Source: Mobula hypostoma (taxonomy: Eukaryota). Taken from it: DNA of 64,000 bases. The position numbers and the translations under genes were made by a program. The stretch is from contig NC_086108.1 of assembly GCF_963921235.1 (NCBI RefSeq), positions 99,078,001-99,142,000 of the forward strand, written 5' to 3'. Below, piece after piece: positions 1 through 10,085 of the stretch (position 1 is the first letter of the stretch; each line of letters begins with the position of its first letter). The notes beneath the pieces were generated by a model. The model searched no databases and was not told the DNA's origin. It saw nothing but the letters and a program-made list of their open reading frames with translations.

Positions 1-31
1 CAGGCCAGGCAGCATCTCTAGGAAGAGGTGC

Positions 32-67
32 AGTCGACATTTCAGGCCAAGACCTTTCGTCAGGACT
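32..67 (-). ncRNA. Minimal type I hammerhead ribozyme motif (inverted copy)
   Basis: Minus strand reads AGTC-CTGACGA-AAGGTCTTGGCCT-GAAA-TG-TC-GACT, with stem I AGTC/GACT intact. Confidence 0.7.
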
Positions 68-885
68 AACTGAAAGAAGAGCTAGTAAGAGATTTGAAAG
101 TGGGAGGGGGAGGGGGAGGGGGAGATCCAAAATGATAAGAAAAGACAGGAGGGGGAGGGATGGAGCCAGGAGCTGGACAGGTGATTGGCAAAGGGGATAT
201 GAGAGGATCATCGGACAGGAGGCCCAGGGAGAAGGAAAGTGGGGGGGGGGGAACCCAGAGGATGGACAAGGGGTATAGTCGGAGGGACAGAGGGAGAAAA
301 AGGAGAGTGAAAGAAAGAATGTGTGTATATAAATAAATAACGGATGGGGTACGAGGGGGAGGTGGGGCATTAGCGGAAGCTAGTGAAGTCAATGTTCATG
401 CCATCAGTTTGGAGGCTACCCAGACGGAATATAAGGTGTTGTTCCTCCAACCACTGGGTCACACATTTTAATTCCACATCCCATTCCCATTCTGATATGT
501 CTATCCATGGCCTCCTCTACTGTAAAGATGAAGCCACACTCAGGTTGGAGGAACAACGCCTTATATTCCGTCTGGGTTGCCTCCAACCTGATGGCATTAA
601 CATCGACTTCTCTAACTTCCGCTAATGCCCCACCTCCCCCTCGTACCCCATTCGTTATTTATTTATATACACACATTCTTTCTCTCACTCTCCTTTTTCT
701 CCCTCTGTCCCTCTGACTATACCCCTTGCCCATCCTCTGGGTTCCCCTCTCCTCCCCCTTTTCCTTCTCCCTGGGCCTCCTGTCCCATGATCCTCTCGTA
801 TCCCTTTTGCCAATCACCTGTCCAGCTCCTGGCTCCATCCCTCCCCCTCCCACTTTCAAATCTCTTACTTGCTTTTCCTTCAGTT

Positions 886-920
886 AGTCTGATGAAGGGT
901 CTCGGCCTGAAACGTCGACT
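886..920 (+). ncRNA. Minimal type I hammerhead ribozyme motif in PLE pseudo-LTR
   Basis: AGT-CTGATGA-AGG(gtctcgg)CCT-GAAA-CG-TC-GACT: core CUGANGA and GAAA boxes, stem II AGG/CCT, palindromic ACGT in place of stem III, GUC triplet ending at 916. Stem I lacks one C relative to the other copy. Confidence 0.75.
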
Positions 921-1020
921 GCACCTCTTCCTAGAGATGCTGCCTGGCCTGCTGCGTTCACCAGCAACTTTGATGTGTGTTGCTTGAATTTCCAGCATCT
1001 GCAGAATTCCTGTTGTTTGC

Positions 1021-2143
1021 GTATCTAATAAGTAAGTTGTTTTTGCTTGTTTACCCTGTAATATTATATCCAGACGGTTATTATAGCTTGCTCTGTCTGT
1101 AATGATTGATCAGTCATTGTATAATTTGGAGGACTCTGACTCTCAGACTGGATCAGGCTTGTACGGTGTCTTTTATGAGTCTGTATTTTAAGACAAGGCT
1201 TTGGTGAATGATGTTCGCAAATTGATTGTACCTGTGTAAATAATCAGATTGAGTTAGACTGCTGCAGTATCCTGAAATACGCTGGATTGTTTCTGATTTC
1301 TTTTGGCATTTTCTGAATAAATCATTTTGAATTTGTTGGACTTATATTATGTATTTTTGATTTTTTATTGTGTTAATCATCTGGCCCTGTATTGCCACAA
1401 GGAACCGCACTGTTTCTAGGAAGAGGTCTCCAACTCAGAGTCAGGTGTTTGACGTTTTCTTGTCGACATCTAGTCTGCTCAGATCATGAGGACATCTTCC
1501 ATGGAGGAACAAGCTCTTCCATTGGTTAACTTTTTCTTCTATAGTGATAATGTCTTCATTTTTCTGGGTTGTGCTCTCATTTAAGTTTAGTGATGGTGTG
1601 TTCTTCTTATCAGGATTGTGTATGCTCATGTGTAGTGCTGAAACCTGTTTTTGTAGATAAAACTATATCCTTAGAAGTTTTATTTGACTATTGTGTAAAT
1701 TTTTAATGCCTGTTATTCCTCTTCCTCCTTTTGTCCTAGGTAGTGTTAATCTAAGTGTGTTTGAGTGTACAAAATGTGTTCTGAAATTTGTCATTTCAGT
1801 TCTTATTTTTCTTTGTAAATTTTCCTTATCAGTTTCAGACCAAGATAATAAGCTAAAAGAATATGTTACTTTGGGTGTAGCAGAAGTATTTATTGCCTTT
1901 GTTATATTTTTACTATTGAACTGTTTTGCAGACTTTCTTAGCCTTGAAGTAAATTCTGTCGAAAGTTTCCCCTTTATTGCAGTATGATGTTTTCTTTGCT
2001 TGTTGACATCCCAGATACTTACGTACACGCTTTATGTTCATCCATCGGTTGTATTGTGTCCTGCTGCTCTGTTTTGTATTCTATTAGCTTTATTGCACCT
2101 TTCTTTATGTTTAATGCTCTGCATTTATCTAGTCCAAAGTTCA
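1021..2143 (-). mobile_element. Dong/R4-clade non-LTR retrotransposon fragment (RT C-terminus, zinc knuckle, start of restriction-like endonuclease), degenerate
   Basis: Minus-strand peptides MNFGLDKC, KAINTSATPKVTYSF..W, RLTLPRTKGGRG, LHGR, followed by a Cys-rich knuckle region. Multiple stops and frameshifts. Confidence 0.75.
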
Positions 2144-2885
2144 TTATTATTTATTTTTTCCAGTTCAAGCTGGTAAAACCTGAGGTAAAAGCATAGCCAA
2201 GCACGCTCATTTATCAATTGCTAGGAACTTTCGGACTATTCCACTGGTGTTTAGTATTATGGCTTTCTGAAGATTTACATAGATATTACTGTGTAGCCCC
2301 AATTGTTTAATGCTATTGTATAGTGCCTTTGGAGTGATACCAATTGTGGATATCCTTTGGAGTGATACCAACTGTAGATATTACTACTGGGACAATGTAT
2401 ACCCTGTTCATGTTCCAAAGTCTTTCAATTTCCTCTTTTAGTTCAGCATATTTCTGGTGTTTTTCAGTTATTGTATGTTATGTGTGTTTGGAATGGCTAT
2501 GTCTATTAAATATGATGTTCTTGCTTGTTTATCCTATATTATTATGTCCTGATGGTTATAATGGATTATCCTATCTGTAATAACTGATCGGTCATAATAT
2601 AATTTGTGGTATTCTGACTCTAAAACTGGATCAAGCTTGTATTTATAGTAAGGTGTGATTTCATTTATGAGTTAGTATTTTAAAGCAAGATTTTGATGAA
2701 TGATGTTTGTCACATGATTGTGCCTGCGTCAGTAATCAGATTGTGTTAAACTGCTACAGGATCTTGTAATGTGTTGGATTGTTTCTGGTTTTTCTCAGAA
2801 TTTTCTACATTTACCATCTTGAATTTGTTGGTCTTTTGTTATGTATTTTTGATAATTTTTTGTGGTAACCACCTAGTCCTGTATT
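2144..2885 (-). mobile_element. Second Dong/R4-like copy: zinc knuckle, RLE, 3' UTR and AAT tail
   Basis: Minus-strand IDIAIPNTHN..EKHQKYAELKEEIERLWNMNRVYIVPVVISTVG and LQKAIILNTSGIVRKFL at the ORF end. AAT-rich tail at ~2144-2158, and (ATT)n(ATC)n at 2889-2915. Confidence 0.75.
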
Positions 2886-2915
2886 AATATTATTATTATT
2901 ATTATCATCATCATC

Positions 2916-3356
2916 AGGATGATGCCTGAATTAGAAAACAAGTCTTATGAGGAAAGGTTCAGCAAGTTAGGGCTTTTCCCTTTGGAGCAAAAATGGATGA
3001 AATATGACCTGATAGAGGTGTATAAGATGATGAGAAGTATTGATAGAGTGGCCAGTTTGCACCTTTTTCCTAGGGAGAATGGTTAATCCAATGAAGTATC
3101 ATTTTCAGGTGGTTGCAGGACAGTAGGGCCAGAGGCAGTTTTTTACACAGAGAGTGGTGGATGCATGGAACGCACTGCCTGGGTGGTGGTAGAGTCAGAT
3201 ACATTAGGGACATTTAAGTGACTCTTAGATGAAAGAAAAATGGAGGGCTATGTGGGAGGGAAGGGATAGATTGATCTTGGAGAAGGTTAAAGGATTGGCA
3301 CAAAAGGGTGGGCCGAATGGCTTGACTTTGCTGTAATGCTCTATGTTCTATGTTCG
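2916..3356 (+). mobile_element. CR1 LINE 3' fragment
   Basis: SYEERFSKLGLFPLE..DLIEVYKMM and FTQRVVDAWNALP, followed by a 3' UTR ending (CTATGTT)2. Confidence 0.85.
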
Positions 3357-3897
3357 GTATTGTATAGATACTTACTGATACAACTTCAGGCTGAGCTGCA
3401 GGGGGAGTGGATTAGTGCCGTGTGCAAGAACACTCAATCCTGATTAGTGCTTGGAATGCCCAAGGCAAGGCCAAAAAAATAAAATCTGTGACATCCTCTG
3501 AGCTGGGCCAGAGTGCATGGGAATTAATTAAGTCGATAGTCTGGAATTTTAATTTGTTTCGTCATGGATGCAATCAGAGTAAACTGCTTGGACTTTTCAA
3601 AGACTTCTTGATTACACAGGGAGCTCAACAGAAAAATGCAGGGCTATTAAAAGCTATTCATGTCTTGCAGTAACTTCAATCTAAAGCAGAAAGAATGAGT
3701 CACTCCAAATCAAATATTGCGTTTTTCAATTTATTGCAAACTTGTGAAGTTTATTTGGCTTCATTGAGGAGGGATTTTGATATCTTGCACCAATAAAATA
3801 ATATTTTATCATTTAAAAACACTTAGAGCAACCTTCAGATGTTGAAGCCAAATGCAAATGTATTTTAGCATTATAGACTTCAAGTATTTTATTTTGT

Positions 3898-4443
3898 GGT
3901 TCCTAAGGTTGTTAGAGCTGGGGGTGGTAATGGGGATAAAGTCCCACTACTTCTTCAATGCTCTCAATGGTTTATGTCTCAAATAGCCTCAGACAACCAA
4001 GTCCAGCTCCTTGCCTCCATGTGTGCCTTACTGCAGCTACTACTGACAGGGGAAGGGCCAAAGGCAGGCTACTTGTGCCTTAAAACCAGTTGCTTCAGGC
4101 AGACGGGGCTCGTCAGCTGTGGCTGGCAGCTCATCTAGGAGAAGGAAAACTCTGATCTGAAACCTCGGTTGCCTTGCTGCTGAACCCACTCATGGGGAAA
4201 ATTCCAGAGCTGAAGTCCCTCGGGCAATCCTACACTGAGTTCAACGCTGACTGGAAACTCCTGCGATGCTGCTGGTGCCAAACTGTACCGGTCTCTGCCG
4301 TTCTTTCGGGTTTATCGGATGCATGGAGAGGGGAAGTTAGCTACATGGGCAACAGCTTGCTCTGCACATCGCACTGCCCAGGCCTGTGTATCTAGACAGC
4401 GAGGAGGCAAAAGCCATGGTGGAGCCTGCCCAGTGGAGGCCTC
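3898..4443 (+). mobile_element. Non-autonomous retroposon, family B copy 1 (full length)
   Basis: Colinear similarity to 21364-21955. Flanked by ATTTTATTTTGT (3886-3897) and ATTTAATTTTGT (4444-4455). Begins GGTTCC. No credible ORF. Confidence 0.75.
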
Positions 4444-4967
4444 ATTTAATTTTGTTAAGGTTTCTCCATGATTGCAACAAGCCAACCGTGATCTAGATTG
4501 CTGCTTTCCACGGACGAGGGCCACTGGCAGAGAGCTGAACTACTGGAGTTCATCTAACAAGGTCGGGTCCTGGTGAGTCCTCATTAGGAACATTCACTGC
4601 AGCTCTTGCCTCCATACCTGAGGAAGATATGATGAATTCTGTTATGTTTTGCAACTCCAGAAACTAATTGAAAGAAAAACACAGGAACCTAGATATGTTT
4701 TGTTTATCTTTACTGAGGCGACCATATATGACGTAATGGTGAAATGATTAAATGATTTATGTAAACAACGAATGCTTTACAATGTTACTGAAGTATTACT
4801 GAAATATTGAATACACTACAATTACTATCAGTGGATGTTCAAGGTCAAGTTCAAGTTTAATTGTTATTTAACCACACACATGTACTCAGCTAAACAAAGC
4901 AGTGTTCCACTGGGGCCAGGGTGCAAAACACAGTAAACACAGCACACATAGTTTTAGCATATACTTT

Positions 4968-5315
4968 GTCCTTTCCCCAACCACATTCCCTGGCTTTCTC
5001 CCCGTAACCTTTGATGCCGTGTCCAATCAAGAACCTATCAATCTCTGCCTTAAGTACATCCAATGACCTGGCCTCCACAGCTGTCTGTTGTAACAAATTC
5101 CACAAATTCACCATCCTCTGGCTAAAGAAATGTTTCTGCATCTCTGTTTTAAATGACACCCCTCTAACCTGAGTCTGTGCCCTCTAACCTCTTCCCCCAC
5201 CATGGGAAACACCCTTTCCACATCTACTCTGTCTCGGTCTTTGAACATTGGAAAGGTTTCAACGAGATCTCCCTTCATTCTTCTAAATTCCAGTGAGTAC
5301 AGACAGAGGCAATCC
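4968..5315 (-). mobile_element. CR1 LINE 3' fragment
   Basis: LYSLEFRRMKGDLVETF, FFSQRMVNLWNLL and KAEIDRFL in ORFs 5108-5371 and 4890-5159. Confidence 0.85.
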
Positions 5316-5604
5316 AGCTTGTCTTCCGGGAGTGAACATTGGAGAGCAGCATCAATGGGACAGCAAGACATTAGGAATCAGTCCTCAAACCAGCATGGAT
5401 TCCAGCCCACCCCCTGTGCCTCTCTTTTCTACCACACAGCCTCTGGAGCTTCCTCTTCTGGGTGACTGTAACAGGTGACGCCATGGCATGAGATCCTGTC
5501 CGCACAACAACGAAGGGCAAGCAATTGACATAAGAATCTCTCACCATACCAAATGCACAGTTCAAGCAACAACATTAAAATCCCCTTTATTGGATACACT
5601 TAGT

Positions 5605-5990
5605 GGGGGCAGCCAGAGAGTGTTAGTGGATGGTTGCCTCTCTGATTGGAGGGCTATGCCGCAGAGATTGGTGCTGGGTGAGCTGTTCTTAATGACTGAG
5701 GTGAAAATGTGGTAAACGAGATCAACAAATTTGACATGACACCAAGATTGGGAGCATAGCGGACAGTGAAGAAGGCTATCAAAGTTTCCAAGCTGGGAAA
5801 ATAGTCTGAGAATGGCAGATGGAATCTAATGCAGACAAGCGCTAGGTGTTGCACCTCGGAGGACAAACCAGGGTAGGATTTACACAGTGAGCGGTAGGGC
5901 ACTGAGGAGTGTGGTAAGGAATGTGCTTGCAACCAAGGAAGACCAGTAAAGGTTCACTGCAATGATTCCAGGGTTGCCTGAACTGTTGTA
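5605..5990 (+). mobile_element. CR1 LINE RT-region fragment, degenerate
   Basis: QRVLVDGCLSDWR..PQ..VLG, a degenerate KFADDTKIG-like segment and a WQME.NADK-like segment. Confidence 0.7.
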
Positions 5991-6029
5991 AAAGCAGCGA
6001 TTAAGCAGACTGCTTAGCCTCTGGCAGAC

Positions 6030-6240
6030 TCTTCTTCCCTCCCCCAGCTGTCAATCACCTGGATTCATCTTATTAGCTCTCGTTCTGCCCCTTTCCCTTC
6101 ACCTCTTTATACAGGCTACCTTCCCTCTATCTTTCAGTCCAGATGAAGGTTCTCGGCCCAAATTGTGAAAAAAAGCTAATTTTTCTATGCAGGTGCTACA
6201 CAGATCCTATGAGTTCCTCCAGCAGGTTTTTTTTTGCTGC
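6030..6240 (+). mobile_element. PLE pseudo-LTR fragment with decayed hammerhead
   Basis: AGTCCAGATGAAGGTTCTCGGCCCAAA (~6136-6162) and GAGTTCCTCCAGCA, shared with the other PLE ends in the window. Confidence 0.6.
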
Positions 6241-6499
6241 ATATCTATTGTGCCTTGTGTTTAGAAATGTTAAAGTGAACCTAAGTTGGGCTCAGGTGGA
6301 ATAGTTTGAAGAAGTGTATGGCAGATATCTCTGATATCCTACATTACAATATGAAAACCTAGGAAATTGGAGCTGGATTATGCTCTTCCGCTATTCAATA
6401 AAATCACTCCCACTCAACATCGCAAAAGTTAGTATCTTTGTCGCAATTACAGAGGTACTTATGGGAGCTTGCTGTGTGCAAGTTGGATGCTGCACTGCC

Positions 6500-6910
6500 C
6501 AGGTAGAGTGAATGTGGAGAGGATGTTTCCTATATTGGGAGAGTGTAGGATCAGAGGGCACAGCTTCAGAATACTTCCCTTTAGAACAGGGTTTCTCAAC
6601 CCTTTTTTATGCCATGGATCTCTATCAATCCCTACCATTAACCGCGAACCTGCTTTAGAACAGAGATGAAGGACTTTCTTTAGCCAGAGAGTGTGGAATT
6701 CATTGCTCTGACAGTTGTGGAGGCCAAGTCATTGGGTATATTCAAAGTGGAGGTTGATAGACTCTTGATTAGTAAGTGAGACAAAGGTTACGGGGTTAAG
6801 GCAGGAAAATGGGGTTGAGAGGAATAATAAATTGGCCATGATGGAATGGAGGAGGAGACACGATGGGCAGAATAGCATATTTCTGCCTCTATGTCTTAAG
6901 CTCTTATGGG
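6500..6910 (+). mobile_element. CR1 LINE 3' fragment interrupted by a small hAT-like insertion
   Basis: RVNVERMFPILGECRIRGHS, then the same 3' UTR seen in the other CR1 copies. Confidence 0.8.
6587..6652. mobile_element. 66-bp hAT-like MITE remnant
   Basis: Perfect 8-bp TSD CTTTAGAA at 6579-6586 and 6653-6660. Termini CAGGGTT...AACCTG. Confidence 0.75.
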
Positions 6911-7609
6911 TACATCTGTGGTAAATGTGGTAACTGAAAGTGGAGTTCATTAAGGTGAGGCCATGAAAAATGTGATATAAATGTCATCTCTTTGCCACCT
7001 GGAGCAGTTGCTGGAGAATTTCTTTTTCAAAACAATCCAATTTTTCAGAAAACTGAAGTTGTTTTTTTAACTTTCTATTAGAGTGCTATCTTTGGAATGA
7101 TCTCCCAGTGAGGCACAACATTGTGAAGGAATTAAGTGCCTTGTAAATTAAGAACTTGGGGAATAGGAGCAGGCCATCTTGCCTCTGAAGACTCCTCTAT
7201 CATAAGGTACCGTTGGTGATGTCAGATTCCAGTTGCATTAATTCCGAATGTGTTGTTGAGGCTTGTTATTTGTTAATGTGATTCTAGCAGTGCATATGCC
7301 ATCTTCTTCTCAAGCTCTGTCCCACAAGAGATTATTCTTAAGAAATGAAGAGTTTTTATTTGTACAATACATCCCTGAAGTTAAATAATCACAAGTTGGT
7401 GAAGAAACAAATGGGAGAAGGCGTGTTGCAATTTCCAATTGTAACAAATTCTGAAATTATCCCGGAAGTCTAGAAGATAACATACTGAAGGGATTAGTTT
7501 AGCCAGGCGTTTAACTACTATTTTAATTAGTTCAGCATGACATCATGAGCCGAAGGGCACTGGCCCTTAGCTGTACTGTTCTATGTTGTATGTTCAATGG
7601 CAAATACAG

Positions 7610-7962
7610 TACAAGACCACAAGACATGGACCATACAACATAGCAGTATAATTAGACCATCCAGCCCATCGAGTCTGCTCTGCCATTCCATCATGGGTGA
7701 TTTATTATTCGTCTCAACTCCATTCTCCTGCCTTCTCCCCGTAAACTTTGACACTCTAACTATTCAAGAACCCTTCAGCCTCTGCTGTAGATGGCTTGGC
7801 CTCCACTGCTGTCAGCGGCAATGAATTCTGCAGATTCACTAACCTCAGGCTAAAGAAATTCCTCCTCAGTGCCATTCTAAAGAGATGTCCTTCTATTCTG
7901 TGCCCTCTGGTCCTAGACTCCCCCACTATAGGAAACATTCTCTCCATGTCCACTCTATCTAG
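7610..7962 (-). mobile_element. CR1 LINE 3' fragment
   Basis: ERMFPIVGESRTRGH..RRNFFSLRLVNLQNSLP in ORF 7756-7953. Confidence 0.85.
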
Positions 7963-8029
7963 ATTGCAACACTATCTATTAAGAAGGAAAGGAAAAGAAG
8001 GGATTATTCACCAATTAGCTTCTCAACAG

Positions 8030-8588
8030 TTGTTCGTCCATCGTCGTCGTCGATGAAGACCTTGACACCATTGACGGTGTCGAGACTAGCGCGTGATTTG
8101 GATTTAAGTGAGGGAGAGTTGCGCAGCGTCAGCCTCACTCTCTCTTCCCAATTCCCATCTGGATCCGGTGGCAAGACAGAGTCTAGACGGCTGGAGATGG
8201 GACTAGGCGCAATGGATGACCAGGATGTCTCCTGTGTCTTGTCCTGCTCTACACGTTCCACGACGCTTGCAGAGACGGCCTTCTTGACTGTTGGACCTTC
8301 CATTGGTCTCGTCCGCTCAATCCGCCGGAGTCTGTCTTCACATGCTGGGATAGACAACTCCCTATCTCACCGAGGGTTTGAGACCCGTCGGCTACCCTCA
8401 CCTGGTTTAGCCGGCTTGTCGAAGCCGTTGCCCGGGGTGTGGCCGCTGTCGCATACAAACAGCTATGGGGAGCCACAGGTGAGAGCTGAGTGCCAGGTGG
8501 GGACCAAAGGTGGAATAACTGCCTTGAAAAGGACGCAACATGTTCCCCCACCAGAGGTGCTACCCCTCCGTGACACCCCATACACCCC
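8030..8588 (-). mobile_element. Full-length non-autonomous RTE-related retroposon (family A), CpG-rich and young
   Basis: 13-bp TSD AGCTTCTCAACAG (8017-8029) / AGCTTCTCAATAG (8589-8601). The 3' end GTGAGGCTG..CTCCCTCACTTAAATCCAA..(GAC)n resembles RTE-clade 3' ends as I recall them. No real ORF. Confidence 0.75.
8395..8588 (-). ncRNA. Candidate HDV-like self-cleaving ribozyme at the element 5' end
   Basis: P1 GGGGTGT (8579-8573 or 8588-8582) / ACACCCC (8440-8434). P2 CTCTCACCTG (8485-8476) / CAGGTGAGGG (8404-8395). P3 GGC/GCC. L3 TCC pairs with GG (8433-8432) as P1.1. GCAA, then P4 CGGCTT-cgac-AAGCCG. J4/2 GCTAA with C at 8410. Confidence 0.75.
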
Positions 8589-8811
8589 AGCTTCTCAATA
8601 GCAGCACATTGAAATGCAACATTAAGGATTTAGTAACAAGACATCTAAAAAACCTAATTTGATTATGCACAGACAACATGCAGCGAGAAATCAGTTGGTG
8701 CTCGTGATGATCTTAATTTTCCAGTAGGTGACGTATAGAGTGTAATGAGGAGCAGTAGACCATGTCCTGCTTCCTAAGGATATCTGCTCATCCTGGTTCA
8801 GAAGGTGCACG

Positions 8812-9395
8812 GTGCGTTGGCCTTCCTTAGTTGGGAGATTGAGTTCAAGAGCCATGTCGAAATATTACAGCTCTATAAAATTCCTGGTTAGACCACACTT
8901 GAAGTATTGTGTTCAGTTCTATTCGCCTCGTTTTAGGAAGGATTTAGAGAGGGAGCAGAGGAGTTTGACCAGGATGCTGCCTGGATTAGACAGCATGTCT
9001 TATACTGATACGTTGAGTGAGCTAGGCCTTCTCTCTTTGGAGCAAGGAGGTAACTTGACAGAGGCATAGACAGAGTATATAGCCAGAGACATTTTCCCAG
9101 GGTGGAAATGGCTTGTATGAGGGAGCATAACTTAAGGTGTTTGGACAAAAGTATAGGAGGATGTTGGAGGTAGGTTTTTTACACAAAGAATGGTAGGTAC
9201 ATGGAATTCCATGGACAGTGGTAGAGGCAGATACAGGAAGGATATTTAAGAGACTCATAGATGGGCATATGGATGATAGAGACATGGAGGGCTATGTGGG
9301 AGAAAAGGACTAGATTAATCTTAGAATAAGTTAGAAGGTCAGCGCAACTTTGTGACCCAAAGGGCCTGTACTGTGCTGTACTGTTCTGTGTTTTA
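8812..9395 (+). mobile_element. CR1 LINE 3' fragment
   Basis: LVRPHLKYCVQFYSP.FRKD.LEREQRSLTRMLPGL, followed by a CR1-type 3' UTR. Confidence 0.85.
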
Positions 9396-9659
9396 TGAGG
9401 ATGCTTCTGAGCTATTTGACATCGAAGGTACATACTGCACCTTTGTCACTCTCAGTAGTCCTGCATGTTAGTCCGTAAGGAGGAGTAGTGAGGGGCGCTG
9501 CATGAGATGATTTCCTTGCTCGTGCTTGACTTCATGGTACTTGGGCAACATCCATCACTGTTGGTCACACCATCTGCCTTTCTCTCATTTCATTCAATCC
9601 ATCTGTGTCTTACTCTGCCTCTTCCTCTCTCGCTCTCTCAGCTCCTCAGCTACATATAC

Positions 9660-10085
9660 AAAATCAAGGTAAATTTATTATGAAAGTACGTATGTGTTGC
9701 CACGTACTATCTTGAGATTAATTTTCTTGCAGGCATTTACAAGAAATGGTAGAAATACAATAACTTGTATAAAAAACTATACACACCGACAAACAATCAA
9801 CGTACAAAGGAAGACAGACTGTGCAAATAAACAAAAACGAACAATACTGAGAACATGAGTTGTAGAGTTCTTGAAAGTGAGTCTGTAGGTTGTGGAATCA
9901 GTTCAGTGTCGAAGTGAATGAGGTTATCCACGCTGGTTCAGGATCCTGACGGTTGAAGGGTTATAACTGTTCCTGAACCTGGTGCTAAGGGACCAAAGGC
10001 TCCTGTATCTCCTGTCCAAAGATAGCAGCAAGAAGAGAGGTAGGGGTCCTTGATGATGGATGCTGCTCTTTTTTGTAGCAGTGTT
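9660..10085 (-). mobile_element. Rex1/Babar-like LINE 3' fragment
   Basis: Shares blocks (CTGTTCCTGAAC, AGGCTCCTGTA.CTCCT, TGATGATGGATGCTGC) with the 3' end of the Rex1-like element at ~12060-12200. Confidence 0.55.

Larger units (their letters stand above)
1..1020. mobile_element. Penelope-like element: GIY-YIG C-terminal remnant plus pseudo-LTR (+, 453-1020), preceded by an inverted copy (-, 1-452)
   Basis: ORF 383-625 ends HFNSTSHSHSDMSIHGLLYCKDEATLRLEEQRLIFRLGCLQPDGINIDFSNFR*, typical of a PLE GIY-YIG C-terminus. 1-452 is the reverse complement of ~543-951. Both arms carry a hammerhead motif. Confidence 0.85.

Noticed and set aside
4639..4820. Possible solo LTR (TGTT...ACA)
   Set aside because: No clear TSD, PBS or PPT, and no second copy in the window.
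8004..8601. ORFs of 110-182 aa on both strands
   Set aside because: They lie within a GC-rich TSD-flanked retroposon and show no recognisable protein motifs.
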